Assembly: GCA_963710755.1 (NCBI GenBank)
Contig: CAVQBK010000003.1
Span: 352,001-416,000, forward strand
Source of the DNA: an uncultured bacterium
Lineage (GTDB): Bacteria > Oederibacteriota > JAAXVQ01 > JAUVAV01
Reading direction: 5' to 3'
DNA length: 64,000 bases
In this document: positions 9,161 to 18,770 of the stretch, one piece after another
How the letters are laid out: every line of letters starts with the position of its first letter
Numbering within the stretch: position 1 is the first letter of the stretch
The notes under the pieces: model-generated
The model's input: only the letters and a program-made list of their open reading frames with translations
The model's database searches: none
Told to the model about the DNA's origin: nothing
Position numbers and translations under genes: made by a program

Positions 9161-10951
9161 ATGGCTCAGAAACATGCTGTAAAACAACCGGAATTTCTTC
9201 CCATGACCCTTCTGGAAATGAGACGGTTGGGATGGGAGGAACTGGACATCCTGCTTATCACAGGTGATGCCTACGTGGATCATCCCAGTTTCGGCGTAGC
9301 GGTGATTGGCCGCTGGCTGGTGGCTGCTGGTTATCGGGTAGGGATTATTGCCCAACCGGATTGGCGATCAGCCGAATCTGTGGCCGGTCTGGGCCGCCCC
9401 CTTCTCTGGGCCGGCATTACGGCCGGGGCCATGGATTCCATGGTGGCCAATTATACGGCCAATAAAAAATTAAGACGTCAGGATGCTTATACCCCCGGTA
9501 GTGCGTACGGAAAACGTCCCAACCGTGCCACCATTATATATAGTAATTTAATTAAACAGGCATTTCCCGGCTTGCCGGTAGTACTCGGCGGTATTGAGGC
9601 CAGTTTGCGGCGCTTGGTTCACTATGATTACTGGAGCGACAGTATTCGCCGCAGTGTTTTATTTGATGCCAAAGCGGATTACTTGGTTTACGGAATGGCG
9701 GAAAGGACGGTGGTGGCCCTTTCCCAGGCATTGGAAGAGGGGCGCCCCGTTGCGCCGATTGCGGGCTTAGCGATAATTCAAAAAACACTACCCAGGGACA
9801 AGCCTTATGTGATACTTCCCAGCTACGAAGCCATTATAGCCGATTGGCGTCAATTGGGCCAGGCAGCATTAGCAGAAGAAGCGCAGCGCGATTGGCGCAA
9901 AGGCAAACCCCTCGTGCAGGCCCATGGCCAGCGCTATTTGGTTTGTAATCCTCCGGCCCAGCCTCTGGACACCCTCTCCATGGACCGGCTCTTTGGCCTG
10001 CCATTCCAACGCCAAGTTCATCCCCATTATCACGAAAAAGTGGCGGCCCTGGAACCAGTGCTTCATTCCATCATCAGCCACCGCGGCTGCTTTGGGGGAT
10101 GTACTTTTTGTGCGCTTGGTGCCCACCAGGGCAAGGCCATTCAAAGCCGCAGTGTCGACTCTCTGATTGAGGAAGCCAAGCGCCTTGCAGCCAGACCTGA
10201 TTTTCACGGTACCATTACCGACGTGGGCGGTCCCAGTGCCAATATGTGGGGACTGGACTGCCGTGCTCCCCACGGGGCCTGCCAACGGCCATCCTGTTTA
10301 ATGCCCAGTCCCTGCCGGCATCTGAACATCGATCAAACGCCCATGCTTAAGGTCCTGGCGCGAATACAGCAGCTGCCCAAGGTCAAGCATGTGTTTGTAG
10401 CTTCCGGGGTACGTTATGATTTGGCACTTCAAGACAAGGCCTATCTGGCTGGTCTGGTGAAAGGCGGGCATATCAGCGGGGCGCTTAAAGTAGCGCCCGA
10501 GCATAGCGAGAATAATATATTGGCCTTGATGGGCAAGCCAACCAGCTCGGTCTTTGAGGCCTTTATTGCCAGCTACCGTCAGTTTTGCCGCCAATTCGGA
10601 CAACATGATTTTATCACGGCTTATTTTATCAGTGCGTTTCCGGGCAGTGATCGCCAAGCCATGCAGCAGGTGGCAGCATTTGCTAAAAAATGGCGCCTGC
10701 GGGTGGAACAACTGCAGGATTTCATTCCCCTACCCATGACCATGGCGGGTATCATGTATGCTTTGGGCGAAAATCCTTATACAGGCCATCAAATCAAGGT
10801 GGTAAAACTAGACCGGGAAAGAAAAACTCAACGCCGGACATTGCTGGGGCATCCGGGTTCGGTAAAAAATAAGCTCAACAAACCTGCCGCCAAGAGGTAT
10901 AATAATTCCTTTGCGGCAACATCATTTAAAGGCAAGCGGAGAGGGACGTGA
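9161..10951 (+). CDS. ygiQ: YgiQ/UPF0313 family radical SAM protein
   Basis: GDAYVDHPSFG, GGIEASLRR, CFGGCTFC (CxxxCxxC), DVGGPSANMW, SGVRYDL, KVAPEH. Confidence 0.92.
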   Translation: MAQKHAVKQPEFLPMTLLEMRRLGWEELDILLITGDAYVDHPSFGVAVIGRWLVAAGYRVGIIAQPDWRSAESVAGLGRPLLWAGITAGAMDSMVANYTANKKLRRQDAYTPGSAYGKRPNRATIIYSNLIKQAFPGLPVVLGGIEASLRRLVHYDYWSDSIRRSVLFDAKADYLVYGMAERTVVALSQALEEGRPVAPIAGLAIIQKTLPRDKPYVILPSYEAIIADWRQLGQAALAEEAQRDWRKGKPLVQAHGQRYLVCNPPAQPLDTLSMDRLFGLPFQRQVHPHYHEKVAALEPVLHSIISHRGCFGGCTFCALGAHQGKAIQSRSVDSLIEEAKRLAARPDFHGTITDVGGPSANMWGLDCRAPHGACQRPSCLMPSPCRHLNIDQTPMLKVLARIQQLPKVKHVFVASGVRYDLALQDKAYLAGLVKGGHISGALKVAPEHSENNILALMGKPTSSVFEAFIASYRQFCRQFGQHDFITAYFISAFPGSDRQAMQQVAAFAKKWRLRVEQLQDFIPLPMTMAGIMYALGENPYTGHQIKVVKLDRERKTQRRTLLGHPGSVKNKLNKPAAKRYNNSFAATSFKGKRRGT

Positions 10952-11175
10952 AGCGTTATCCAAAGTCCAAAGCAGAAAAAGACCGGATGATGGCTCAAAG
11001 ATGCCTGCAGTGCACGGCCTGCCGTCACGCCCGCAAAAAACAGCGTGGCTTAATCTTCTGGATAGTTAAAAAAGTTGAAAGAAAAGTTTGTCCTTATTGC
11101 GAGGCTTATCACCGTATATTTGGTCGCTTTGCCCATGAACCTTTACCTGACCATTGGCCGGAAGAAGTCAGCTGA
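10948..11175 (+). CDS. Small Cys-rich (putative metal-binding) protein
   Basis: GTGA overlap with the ygiQ stop. CLQCTAC and CPYC motifs. Confidence 0.65.
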   Translation: MKRYPKSKAEKDRMMAQRCLQCTACRHARKKQRGLIFWIVKKVERKVCPYCEAYHRIFGRFAHEPLPDHWPEEVS

Positions 11176-11227
11176 TCTTTAGGAGATCGGGCGGTGTCTG
11201 CCGGACAGTATTAAAAGGAGAATAAAC

Positions 11228-11578
11228 ATGGAAGAAGTTAAAGCGCTCTTGCGTCAAGTCATTAAAAATCAAAATGATCTTTTAGGCCTTAAAGAAGTGG
11301 AACTATCTCCAAAATGGCAGGGGGGCAAAGTGATCATCGAACCGGGAGATGAAAGCCTGAAAGCCTGTGAAATTCCACTGGATAATTTGTTTAAAAAAAT
11401 CATTTCCATCCGGGAAAAGTTAAGGGTTTTGGAGCAGAAAATCAATAACCATTCCGGTTTAAGCGGGCCGGAAAAATTAGAATTGGAGCAATACATCACC
11501 CGCTGCTACGGGTCCTTAACCACCTTTAATATTTTATTCAAACATCAAGAAGATAGGTTCAAAGGGTCAGTGGTTTAG
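11228..11578 (+). CDS. Hypothetical protein
   Basis: RBS AGGAG, 116 aa, KWxGG...QYITRCYGSLTTFNILF. Confidence 0.75.
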   Translation: MEEVKALLRQVIKNQNDLLGLKEVELSPKWQGGKVIIEPGDESLKACEIPLDNLFKKIISIREKLRVLEQKINNHSGLSGPEKLELEQYITRCYGSLTTFNILFKHQEDRFKGSVV

Positions 11579-11637
11579 ATTCCTTTTTAGCGGTGTACAT
11601 GGATTTGTTGTCTACCACCTAAAAGAAGGACCGCCTC

Positions 11638-12621
11638 ATGTTCTCAAATAATCGTAACACCAGAATGACTTACCAGGCTTGTGGGCGGCAGGGCTTGAAA
11701 TTACCCAAACTGTCTCTGGGTTGCTGGCACAATTTCAGCACCACCGATGATTATCATAATGCCAAGGAAATGGTGCGCAAAGCTTTTGATCTGGGAATTA
11801 CTCATTTCGACCTGGCCAATAATTACGGACCGCCGCCAGGGGCTGCAGAAATCACTTTTGGCCAGATATTAAAAAAAGATTTTCTGGGCTACCGGGATGA
11901 ACTGGTGATTTCCACCAAGGCCGGTTATGAAATGTGGCCCGGGCCATATGGAGATGGAGGGTCCAGGAAATATTTAGTGGCCAGTCTTAATCAAAGTTTA
12001 AAACGGCTGGGCCTTGATTATGTGGATATTTTTTATCATCATCGTCCTGATCCGGAAACACCTTTGGAAGAGACCATGGCCGCTTTGGATTATTTGGTGC
12101 GCAGCGGCAAAGCTCTGTATATAGGGATCTCATCCTATTCTCCGCAATTAACCAAGCGGGCCGTGGTGCTGCTTAAGGCCCTGGGCACGCCTTGCCTAAT
12201 TCACCAGCCGGTCTATAATATGTTCAACCGGCAATTAGAAAAGGAGTTACTGGGTGTTATTGAAAAAGCCGGCATGGGGTGTGTCGTGTTTTCACCCTTG
12301 GGCCAAGGGTTGCTAACCAACCGTTACCTTAACGGCGTTCCCTCGGGGTCGCGGGCCGCTAATCCCAACGGCTTTTTAAGACCGGAGAGCATTACGCCCC
12401 ATCGCTTACAAATGGTGAAGGCGCTTAATGAGATGGCCATGACGCGCGGGCAGTCTCTGGCACAAATGGCCTTGACCTGGGTGCTGCGCCATGGAGCCGT
12501 CACGTCGGCTCTGATCGGCGCCAGCCGGCCGGACCAAATCGAGGATTGCGCCGGTGCTTTGAGGGGCCCGGCCTTATCCCCAGAAGAACTGGAGCAAATA
12601 GAAGTTATTCTTAAGGGGTGA
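11638..12621 (+). CDS. gpr: Aldo-keto reductase, L-glyceraldehyde 3-phosphate reductase (Gpr/YghZ) family
   Basis: SLGCWHNF, THFDLANNYGPPPG, ISTKAGYEMWPGPYG, DIFYHHRPD, IHQP, SALIGAS. Confidence 0.88.
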   Translation: MFSNNRNTRMTYQACGRQGLKLPKLSLGCWHNFSTTDDYHNAKEMVRKAFDLGITHFDLANNYGPPPGAAEITFGQILKKDFLGYRDELVISTKAGYEMWPGPYGDGGSRKYLVASLNQSLKRLGLDYVDIFYHHRPDPETPLEETMAALDYLVRSGKALYIGISSYSPQLTKRAVVLLKALGTPCLIHQPVYNMFNRQLEKELLGVIEKAGMGCVVFSPLGQGLLTNRYLNGVPSGSRAANPNGFLRPESITPHRLQMVKALNEMAMTRGQSLAQMALTWVLRHGAVTSALIGASRPDQIEDCAGALRGPALSPEELEQIEVILKG

Positions 12622-12777
12622 TTAGTCCTGGAAAGATTGTTAAAATCATGGTATTCACGGGATCCATTCCGGGGATACCGATTACCCTCTCCTTTTTAGG
12701 GAGTGGGACAATGGGTGAGGGTTACCTTAATACGCGCACTTTAGTGCGGGGTAAGATATTATCATCAAGGAGGGATT

Positions 12778-12948
12778 ATGTTTACCATCGGAGAATTTAA
12801 AGGCAATGCTGTAATTACCCTGAAACGCAGCGAGGACGACAAATACGGGTTTACTTTTGGGGTTTCCAAAGCCAAGCTGGTTTTAGAACACTTCGAAGAC
12901 ATCAAGCAGTTTGTGGCCGCTCATGATAAACCCAAGAAACAGGATTAA
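12778..12948 (+). CDS. Small protein (56 aa), below the ORF-track cutoff
   Basis: RBS AAGGAGGG. MFTIGEFKGNAVITLKRSEDDKYGFTFGVSKAKLVLEHFEDIKQFVAAHDKPKKQD*. Confidence 0.75.
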   Translation: MFTIGEFKGNAVITLKRSEDDKYGFTFGVSKAKLVLEHFEDIKQFVAAHDKPKKQD

Positions 12949-13072
12949 CCGCCAAGGGCGACAATGCATTCGACCTTAAGTTGTGCGGCGAAAATTACCC
13001 GCATGAAGCTGCGGTGTAATTAAGTCAGATGGGGGACACGCCTTGGCCCCATCCATTCCCAGGAGGTGAAAC

Positions 13073-13573
13073 ATGCAGACCAAACAATGGTTGGCAGCAG
13101 TAGCAGTGGCAGTAGCATTAATGACCCAGGTTCAAGCTGAAAACACCACTATGGCCGATGAAAGCAAACCTGCGGCCACCACCATGGAAGCCCAGCCAGC
13201 TGCGACCCCCCAGGCGAAAGCTGTAACACCAGCTGCAGCACCGGAAACAACCAGCGCCCTACAAGTAGTCGAGATCAGCATTGCTCCCGAAATCAAAGAT
13301 CGCGAACCGGTTGGGGCAGCTGATAAATTTCCCGCGACCGTGGGCAAGCTTTATTGCTATACCAAAATCGTAGGCGGGACGGAAGGCACGGTTATTACCC
13401 ACCGCTGGAAAAAAGGCAATGATGTCATGGCAGTTGTGCAACTCAAGGTTAACGGCTCTCCCTGGCGGACCTTTAGCTCCAAGTCCATCATGAGTGATTG
13501 GACCGGGGCTTGGTCCGTGGAGGTGTTGGAGGGAGACAAGGTACTGAAAACCATTGATTTTACCATAGAATAA
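13073..13573 (+). CDS. Exported DUF2914-like Ig-fold protein
   Basis: RBS AGGAGG, signal peptide, A/T/P linker, LYCYTKI...HRW...WRTFSSK...GAWSVEV. Confidence 0.8.
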   Translation: MQTKQWLAAVAVAVALMTQVQAENTTMADESKPAATTMEAQPAATPQAKAVTPAAAPETTSALQVVEISIAPEIKDREPVGAADKFPATVGKLYCYTKIVGGTEGTVITHRWKKGNDVMAVVQLKVNGSPWRTFSSKSIMSDWTGAWSVEVLEGDKVLKTIDFTIE

Positions 13574-13595
13574 AACCCATCGTCTCCTGACCCTG

Positions 13596-13631
13596 GCCGC
13601 AACCAGAATCTTCTGGTTGCGGCTTTTTTTT
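13596..13631 (+). terminator. Intrinsic terminator
   Basis: gccgcaaccaga / tctggttgcggc plus T8. Confidence 0.85.
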
Positions 13632-13708
13632 GTATATTTATGGAACCAGAACGCCGTAACTAAAGTCTATAAGTCACTCAGTTTGAGTGGGGAAAAAGAG
13701 GTGTGAGT

Positions 13709-13867
13709 ATGGAATTATTAAGTTGTCATGACTGTCATGGGGAAAACATTGCGGGCGACAAATTTTGTCGTCATTGCGGCGCTAAACTTAAAAAAGAAAT
13801 TTCGGAAACCATGGTATTGACAGGATTTATTATTCTTGGATTAATTGGGTTGATCACTGTTTTTTAA
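13709..13867 (+). CDS. Small zinc-ribbon membrane protein (52 aa), below the ORF-track cutoff
   Basis: RBS GAGGTG. MELLSCHDCHGENIAGDKFCRHCGAKLKK then a C-terminal TM (VLTGFIILGLIGLITVF*). Confidence 0.7.
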   Translation: MELLSCHDCHGENIAGDKFCRHCGAKLKKEISETMVLTGFIILGLIGLITVF

Positions 13868-14060
13868 TAACAGGACCAGCGCCCCGGTTTCCACAATTGT
13901 TGAAAAAAAAAGAAACCGGGGAAGGAATGTAAGACCGATTCAATAGGGAATGCCTATCTAAATAAATATTTCACTAGACCTGATTAAAGTCCCTTGATTA
14001 AAATCAAATAGTTTAAACTTGCCCAATCGTTGTAGCCAGCGGTGAGGAGGCCTTTTGCGC

Positions 14061-14092
14061 TTGACACATAATTATACGATTGTATAATTATG
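14061..14092 (+). promoter_or_regulatory. Sigma70 promoter overlapped by a palindromic TetR operator
   Basis: TTGACA(14061)-16 bp-TATAAT(14083). Near-perfect palindrome cataattatac-gatt-gtataattatg (14067-14092) just upstream of the TetR gene. Confidence 0.85.
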
Positions 14093-14116
14093 ACACCTTT
14101 TTGAAAGGATTGTGGC

Positions 14117-14770
14117 ATGGCCCGTCCCTCCGGCAATACTGATCAAAAGCTAATCGAGGCTGCGCTGGCTCTGTTTCCGGAAACCGGATTCAGTAATATG
14201 AAAGTGCGCGATGTGGCCCGGCAGGCCGGGGTGAATCTGGGACTATTTCACTACCATTTCAAAAATAAAAACGTTTTTGCGCAGCGCATTATGCACGATT
14301 TTTACGAATCCTTTTTCAGCCGGTTTCAGTGGAATATTGCCACTGTGGCCGACCCTCAGTTGCGACTGCGCCAAGGCGTGCTCACCATTGCCAAATTCCT
14401 TCGTGATCATCGCCAGCTCATGATCCCCTTTCTCAATGATGTGCTCCAGGGCCACCAGCAGGTCATCCAATTTTTAAGCGAGAACATGCAGCGTCATATC
14501 AGGATTCTGGTGCAATTGATCAAGGCTTGCCAAAAAAACGGTTTTATGGCCAAATGGCCGGTGGCGACGGTGATCTTTTTCTTGATGGGTCCACAGGCAG
14601 TACCGGCCATGGCTTTAACCGTTTTCGAAAAAAATCAGCGTCATTTATCGGGGGCTTTGGTAAAATTAATGGCTTTGCCCCAACACTTGACAGACCGGGC
14701 CATTGAACAACGTGTGGATTTAGCGCTTAAGGCGATGCAACCCAATCCTGACCTCAGGCCAGGACAATAA
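14117..14770 (+). CDS. TetR/AcrR family regulator (CecR/YbiH-like context)
   Basis: N-terminal HTH LIEAALALF...VRDVARQAGVNLGLFHYHFKNK. First gene of the efflux operon. Confidence 0.9.
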   Translation: MARPSGNTDQKLIEAALALFPETGFSNMKVRDVARQAGVNLGLFHYHFKNKNVFAQRIMHDFYESFFSRFQWNIATVADPQLRLRQGVLTIAKFLRDHRQLMIPFLNDVLQGHQQVIQFLSENMQRHIRILVQLIKACQKNGFMAKWPVATVIFFLMGPQAVPAMALTVFEKNQRHLSGALVKLMALPQHLTDRAIEQRVDLALKAMQPNPDLRPGQ

Positions 14771-14786
14771 GGTGGAGGCTCAACCC

Positions 14787-16190
14787 ATGATACGAAAGCT
14801 AGCATGCTTGGCGGTGCTCGTGGGCATCAGCGGCCTGGTCAGTGCAGCTGATTACCCCCGGTTAAATCTAGACCTGGCCCGGGCGGAGCGCCTGGCCTTG
14901 GACCATTCCCAGATGGTGAAGGCCAAAATTCTGGAAATGGAGGCCGCCAAAGCCAAGGCCAACAGTCAATTTTCCCTTTTCTGGCCTTCGCTGGCCATTG
15001 AAGGAACCATCAATTACGCTGCCAAGATTCCTAACCTGGAACTCAACCTGCCTCATATGGGGTCGGTCTCGTTTCCCTTCGGCGATCACACCAATTACAG
15101 CCTGGGGGCAGTGGCGGCCTGGGATTTTTGGGATTCCGGCCGTACTTACTATCAGTGGAAAGCCCTGCAACATGCCGTGGAAGCCAAAAAGCTGGATGTG
15201 GTGCTGGCCCGGCAAAAGGTGCTTCTGGATACCCGCTTGGCCTATTTTAAAACCCAACTTGCTTTGGAACAAGCCCGCCTGCTTCAGGACGCGCTTAAAG
15301 TCAACCAAAATCAATATACCGATATTGAACATAAACAACAGGCCGGAACTGCCAGCCGGGCCGACAGCCTGGCCAGTCACTTGCAGGTGTTGGATAGTCT
15401 CACTGCTCTGGCAAACGCCAGAACCCAATTGTCCGACAACATCCGGGAACTGTTACACTTAACCGGCCAAGTGGAAGACTATGATGTCACTTATCCCATG
15501 GCTCCGGGACAGCTGCAGGGGCGCAGTCCGCAAGAGCCCAACCCCACGGTGGTGGTGGAATTTGATAAATTATCAACATCCTTGACCGTGTTCAATCCGG
15601 CCGGCCAAGCCACACTGGATGAACATCATCCTCAAAATCAGTTTTTTGAGGAACTGGCCAAAATGGCCAGGCGCACTTCCCTGAGTATTGAATCCAATCA
15701 CTGGCCCACCTTGCAGCTGTCCGCCCGTACCGGACTGGAATACCCCAATGGCCCGGTAAATGAAAAGGTGTATCAAAACCGGGCCGGCGCCAAAGCGGAG
15801 TGGTTGCTTTTTAAAGGATCTCAAATTACCCATCTGGAACAGGAACAAGCCATTCAGGCCCAACAGTATGAACATCAACGAAATGAAACCAAGCTTAATT
15901 TAAAGCTGCAATGGTTAAAAACCCAGGCTCAATGGCAGCTGCAGCGCCAACAGGAACAAACCCTATTGCAGGCGGTCAAGGAAACGGAATTGCTTGCCCG
16001 CTTAACCTACCAGGCTTATCTGGCCGGCCAGGTGGATTATATCAAGGTGCAGGCCGCCAATTTACAGGTAGTGCAAACCAAGACCAAAAAAGTGCAAGCC
16101 CAAGTTCAGCAGCTTATACAGCTAGCCATTCTGGATTCGTTGGCGCAAAAGAAAGTGAGGGAGACGAACGATGAACCGCAAAAAAATTAA
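14787..16190 (+). CDS. TolC-family outer-membrane efflux protein
   Basis: Signal peptide MIRKLACLAVL, duplicated OEP pattern (WPSLAIEG / WPTLQLSA, YLAGQVDY), operon context. Confidence 0.85.
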   Translation: MIRKLACLAVLVGISGLVSAADYPRLNLDLARAERLALDHSQMVKAKILEMEAAKAKANSQFSLFWPSLAIEGTINYAAKIPNLELNLPHMGSVSFPFGDHTNYSLGAVAAWDFWDSGRTYYQWKALQHAVEAKKLDVVLARQKVLLDTRLAYFKTQLALEQARLLQDALKVNQNQYTDIEHKQQAGTASRADSLASHLQVLDSLTALANARTQLSDNIRELLHLTGQVEDYDVTYPMAPGQLQGRSPQEPNPTVVVEFDKLSTSLTVFNPAGQATLDEHHPQNQFFEELAKMARRTSLSIESNHWPTLQLSARTGLEYPNGPVNEKVYQNRAGAKAEWLLFKGSQITHLEQEQAIQAQQYEHQRNETKLNLKLQWLKTQAQWQLQRQQEQTLLQAVKETELLARLTYQAYLAGQVDYIKVQAANLQVVQTKTKKVQAQVQQLIQLAILDSLAQKKVRETNDEPQKN

Positions 16191-16914
16191 GATCATCTTG
16201 CCCCTGGCCGTCGTGTTGGTAATCGCCGGTGTGGTCATTTGGGCGCTCAATCTGAAGAAACCATTTTATTACGCCGGAACCATTGAAGCCACGGAGATTA
16301 CCCTTTCCAGCCAGGTCATGTCCGTGATCGGTCAATTTTCCGCTCAGGAAGGCCGGGACGTTAAGCTAGGCGAGTCCTTGGTGGTTATGAAAGGCGAGGA
16401 TTACAAGCTAAACGCAGCCCTGGCGCAAAAGGATTTTGAGCGGGGCCAGCGGTTGCTCAACAGCGGCTCGATCACCAAAGCTGATTTTGACAAGCTGAAA
16501 TTTCAAAGGGACCGAGCGGCACTGCTGGTGAGCTGGTGCCGTATCGAAGCTCCTTTGGATGCCACAGTGCTGCAGACTTATCGCGAGCCCGGGGAATTGG
16601 TGGCCCCGGGCACGACCTTGTTAACCCTGGGCGACCTTTCGACAGTGTGGGCCTATATCTATGTGGAAGAACCCATGTTGGTCAGGCTGCAGTTAAATCA
16701 GGTGGTCACCGGTTTTCTGCCCGAATTACCGGGCAAGACATTCAAGGGCAGAATTACGGTCATTCGGGATCAAGCGGAGTTTACGCCCAAAAATGTGCAA
16801 ACCAGGGAAGAACGGGCCCGTTTGGTTTACGGTATTAAGGTGGAGTTTGATAATGCCCAACGGCTGCTTAAACCGGGCATGAGCATCGAAGTGAAGTTGC
16901 CGGAACTGCCCTAA
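16171..16914 (+). CDS. HlyD-family membrane fusion protein (YbhG-like)
   Basis: N-terminal TM, GTIEATE, AEFTPKNVQTREER...VYGIKV...LKPGM. Confidence 0.9.
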   Translation: MNRKKIKIILPLAVVLVIAGVVIWALNLKKPFYYAGTIEATEITLSSQVMSVIGQFSAQEGRDVKLGESLVVMKGEDYKLNAALAQKDFERGQRLLNSGSITKADFDKLKFQRDRAALLVSWCRIEAPLDATVLQTYREPGELVAPGTTLLTLGDLSTVWAYIYVEEPMLVRLQLNQVVTGFLPELPGKTFKGRITVIRDQAEFTPKNVQTREERARLVYGIKVEFDNAQRLLKPGMSIEVKLPELP

Positions 16915-16935
16915 TGCCCCTTTGAAAAGGCGACT

Positions 16936-17853
16936 ATGACAATTGCGATTAAAGTCAACAACTTAAGCAAAAAAATGAAGCGCATCCAGGCTTTGAGCGG
17001 AGTGACGATAGACTTCGAATCCCGCATGCTTCATGGTCTGATCGGGCCTGACGGTGCCGGCAAGACTACTTTGCTCAGAACCCTAGTGGGCCTGCTGCAC
17101 GCAGACGATGGCGCCATCGTTTATTATCAGGACAGCCAACAGGTTCCTTTTCCTATTATCCGGCCGCACCTGGCCTACATGCCTCAGCAGCAAAGCCTTT
17201 ATCCGGATTTGACCGTGGGGGAGCACCTTAATTTCTTTCGTGATCTTTATCTGATACCCAAACCGGTTTACCAGCAGCGGCGGGAAACGTTACTGCACAT
17301 GACACGCATGCAACCTTTTCAAGACCGGCCTGCCGCCAAACTCTCGGGAGGCATGTATAAAAAGCTGGGTCTTATGTGTGCGCTGCTCCAGTCACCGGAG
17401 GTGGTGTTGCTCGATGAACCCACCAACGGCGTGGATCCCATCAGCCGGCGGGAGTTTTGGGACCTCTTGTACCGCCTGCGGGATCAGGGTATTTTGATCA
17501 TCGTTTCCACAGCGTATATGGATGAAGCAGAACGGTGCAATCATGTTCATGTGCTCAATGAAGGTCGGCTGTTGGCCACAGGGGAACCGCGTCAAATTTT
17601 ACAGCAAGAAAACGTGGAATCCTTTGAAGCCTTGTTTGTGCTTAAAGACCGCAGTGCTATGGCTCCTGCTCCCGAGGCGGACAAAGCCGATAGGGAACGA
17701 GTGCAAAACAAGGAGGACCGTCAGCGTCGTTCACAGCGGAAAGTAACGGCCCCCAAAGCAGAAGGACATCATCGCACGCCGGGCGAAAAGAAAACTGTAA
17801 AAAAAGCCAAGCGGCCATTGAAAACTAAAAAAACGGGCAGGGCCCAATCATGA
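16936..17853 (+). CDS. ABC transporter ATP-binding protein (YbhF N-half-like)
   Basis: GPDGAGKTT, LSGGM, LLDEPTNGVDPISRREFW, STAYMDEAE. Basic low-complexity C-terminal tail. Confidence 0.92.
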   Translation: MTIAIKVNNLSKKMKRIQALSGVTIDFESRMLHGLIGPDGAGKTTLLRTLVGLLHADDGAIVYYQDSQQVPFPIIRPHLAYMPQQQSLYPDLTVGEHLNFFRDLYLIPKPVYQQRRETLLHMTRMQPFQDRPAAKLSGGMYKKLGLMCALLQSPEVVLLDEPTNGVDPISRREFWDLLYRLRDQGILIIVSTAYMDEAERCNHVHVLNEGRLLATGEPRQILQQENVESFEALFVLKDRSAMAPAPEADKADRERVQNKEDRQRRSQRKVTAPKAEGHHRTPGEKKTVKKAKRPLKTKKTGRAQS

Positions 17854-18767
17854 CCAGGACGCTGGCAGTAGATGTTAGCCATCTGACCATGAAATTCGGC
17901 GTCTTTACGGCTGTGGATGATATTTCTTTTGCCGTTACCAGCGGGGAGATCTTTGGCTTTTTGGGCGCTAATGGCGCCGGCAAAACCACGACAATCCGTA
18001 TTTTATGCGGTTTGTTGATTCCTACCGCAGGATCAGCCTTGATCGCCGGTGAAGATATTCATACCAGTATCCAAGCCATCAAATCCAAGGTCGGGTATAT
18101 GTCTCAAAAGTTTACCCTTTATAATGACCTGAGTGTGGCGGAAAACATGGAATTTACGGGGCGGCTGAGAAAATTGGATCTGGTTTATCTGAAACAGCGC
18201 AAACAAGAATTGTTTGACTTCGTAGAATTTCGTCAGTCGGAAAAGACACTGGTGCGTGATCTGCCGGGTGGTATTAAACAGCAGATGGCCTTGGCCGCGG
18301 CCTTGTTGCATGATCCCAAAATCATCTTTCTCGATGAACCAACCGCCGGCGTGGCGCCGGCGGTACGCATGCGCTTCTGGCAATTGATCAATCAATTAGC
18401 CCGGCAGGGCAAAACGGTGTTTGTGACCACCCACTACATGGATGAAGCAGAAAATTGCGGACGGATTGCGCTGATGCGCGATGGACGCATCATTGCCCTG
18501 GATACACCGGCCAGTTTGAAGGCACGCACCTTTCCCAAACCGGTCATGGAACTTGATTATACTGGCACCGAGCCGCCGGCCTGGTTGTTGGAACTGGGCC
18601 GGCAAAAAAATGTGGCCAAGCTCAACCCGTATGGCAGGCGTTATCATGCTCAAATCCTTGATGATCAGGCATGGAAAACATGGTTGCGCAAAAAACCGGA
18701 TACCGTGCAGGTTAAGGCCATTACGCCTTCCTTGGAAGATGTGTTTATCCGTTTGGTGGAGGGTTAA
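17850..18767 (+). CDS. ABC transporter ATP-binding protein (YbhF C-half-like)
   Basis: GANGAGKTT, GYMSQKF, LPGG, FLDEPTAGV, TTHYMDEAE. Confidence 0.92.
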   Translation: MTRTLAVDVSHLTMKFGVFTAVDDISFAVTSGEIFGFLGANGAGKTTTIRILCGLLIPTAGSALIAGEDIHTSIQAIKSKVGYMSQKFTLYNDLSVAENMEFTGRLRKLDLVYLKQRKQELFDFVEFRQSEKTLVRDLPGGIKQQMALAAALLHDPKIIFLDEPTAGVAPAVRMRFWQLINQLARQGKTVFVTTHYMDEAENCGRIALMRDGRIIALDTPASLKARTFPKPVMELDYTGTEPPAWLLELGRQKNVAKLNPYGRRYHAQILDDQAWKTWLRKKPDTVQVKAITPSLEDVFIRLVEG

Positions 18768-18770
18768 GTC

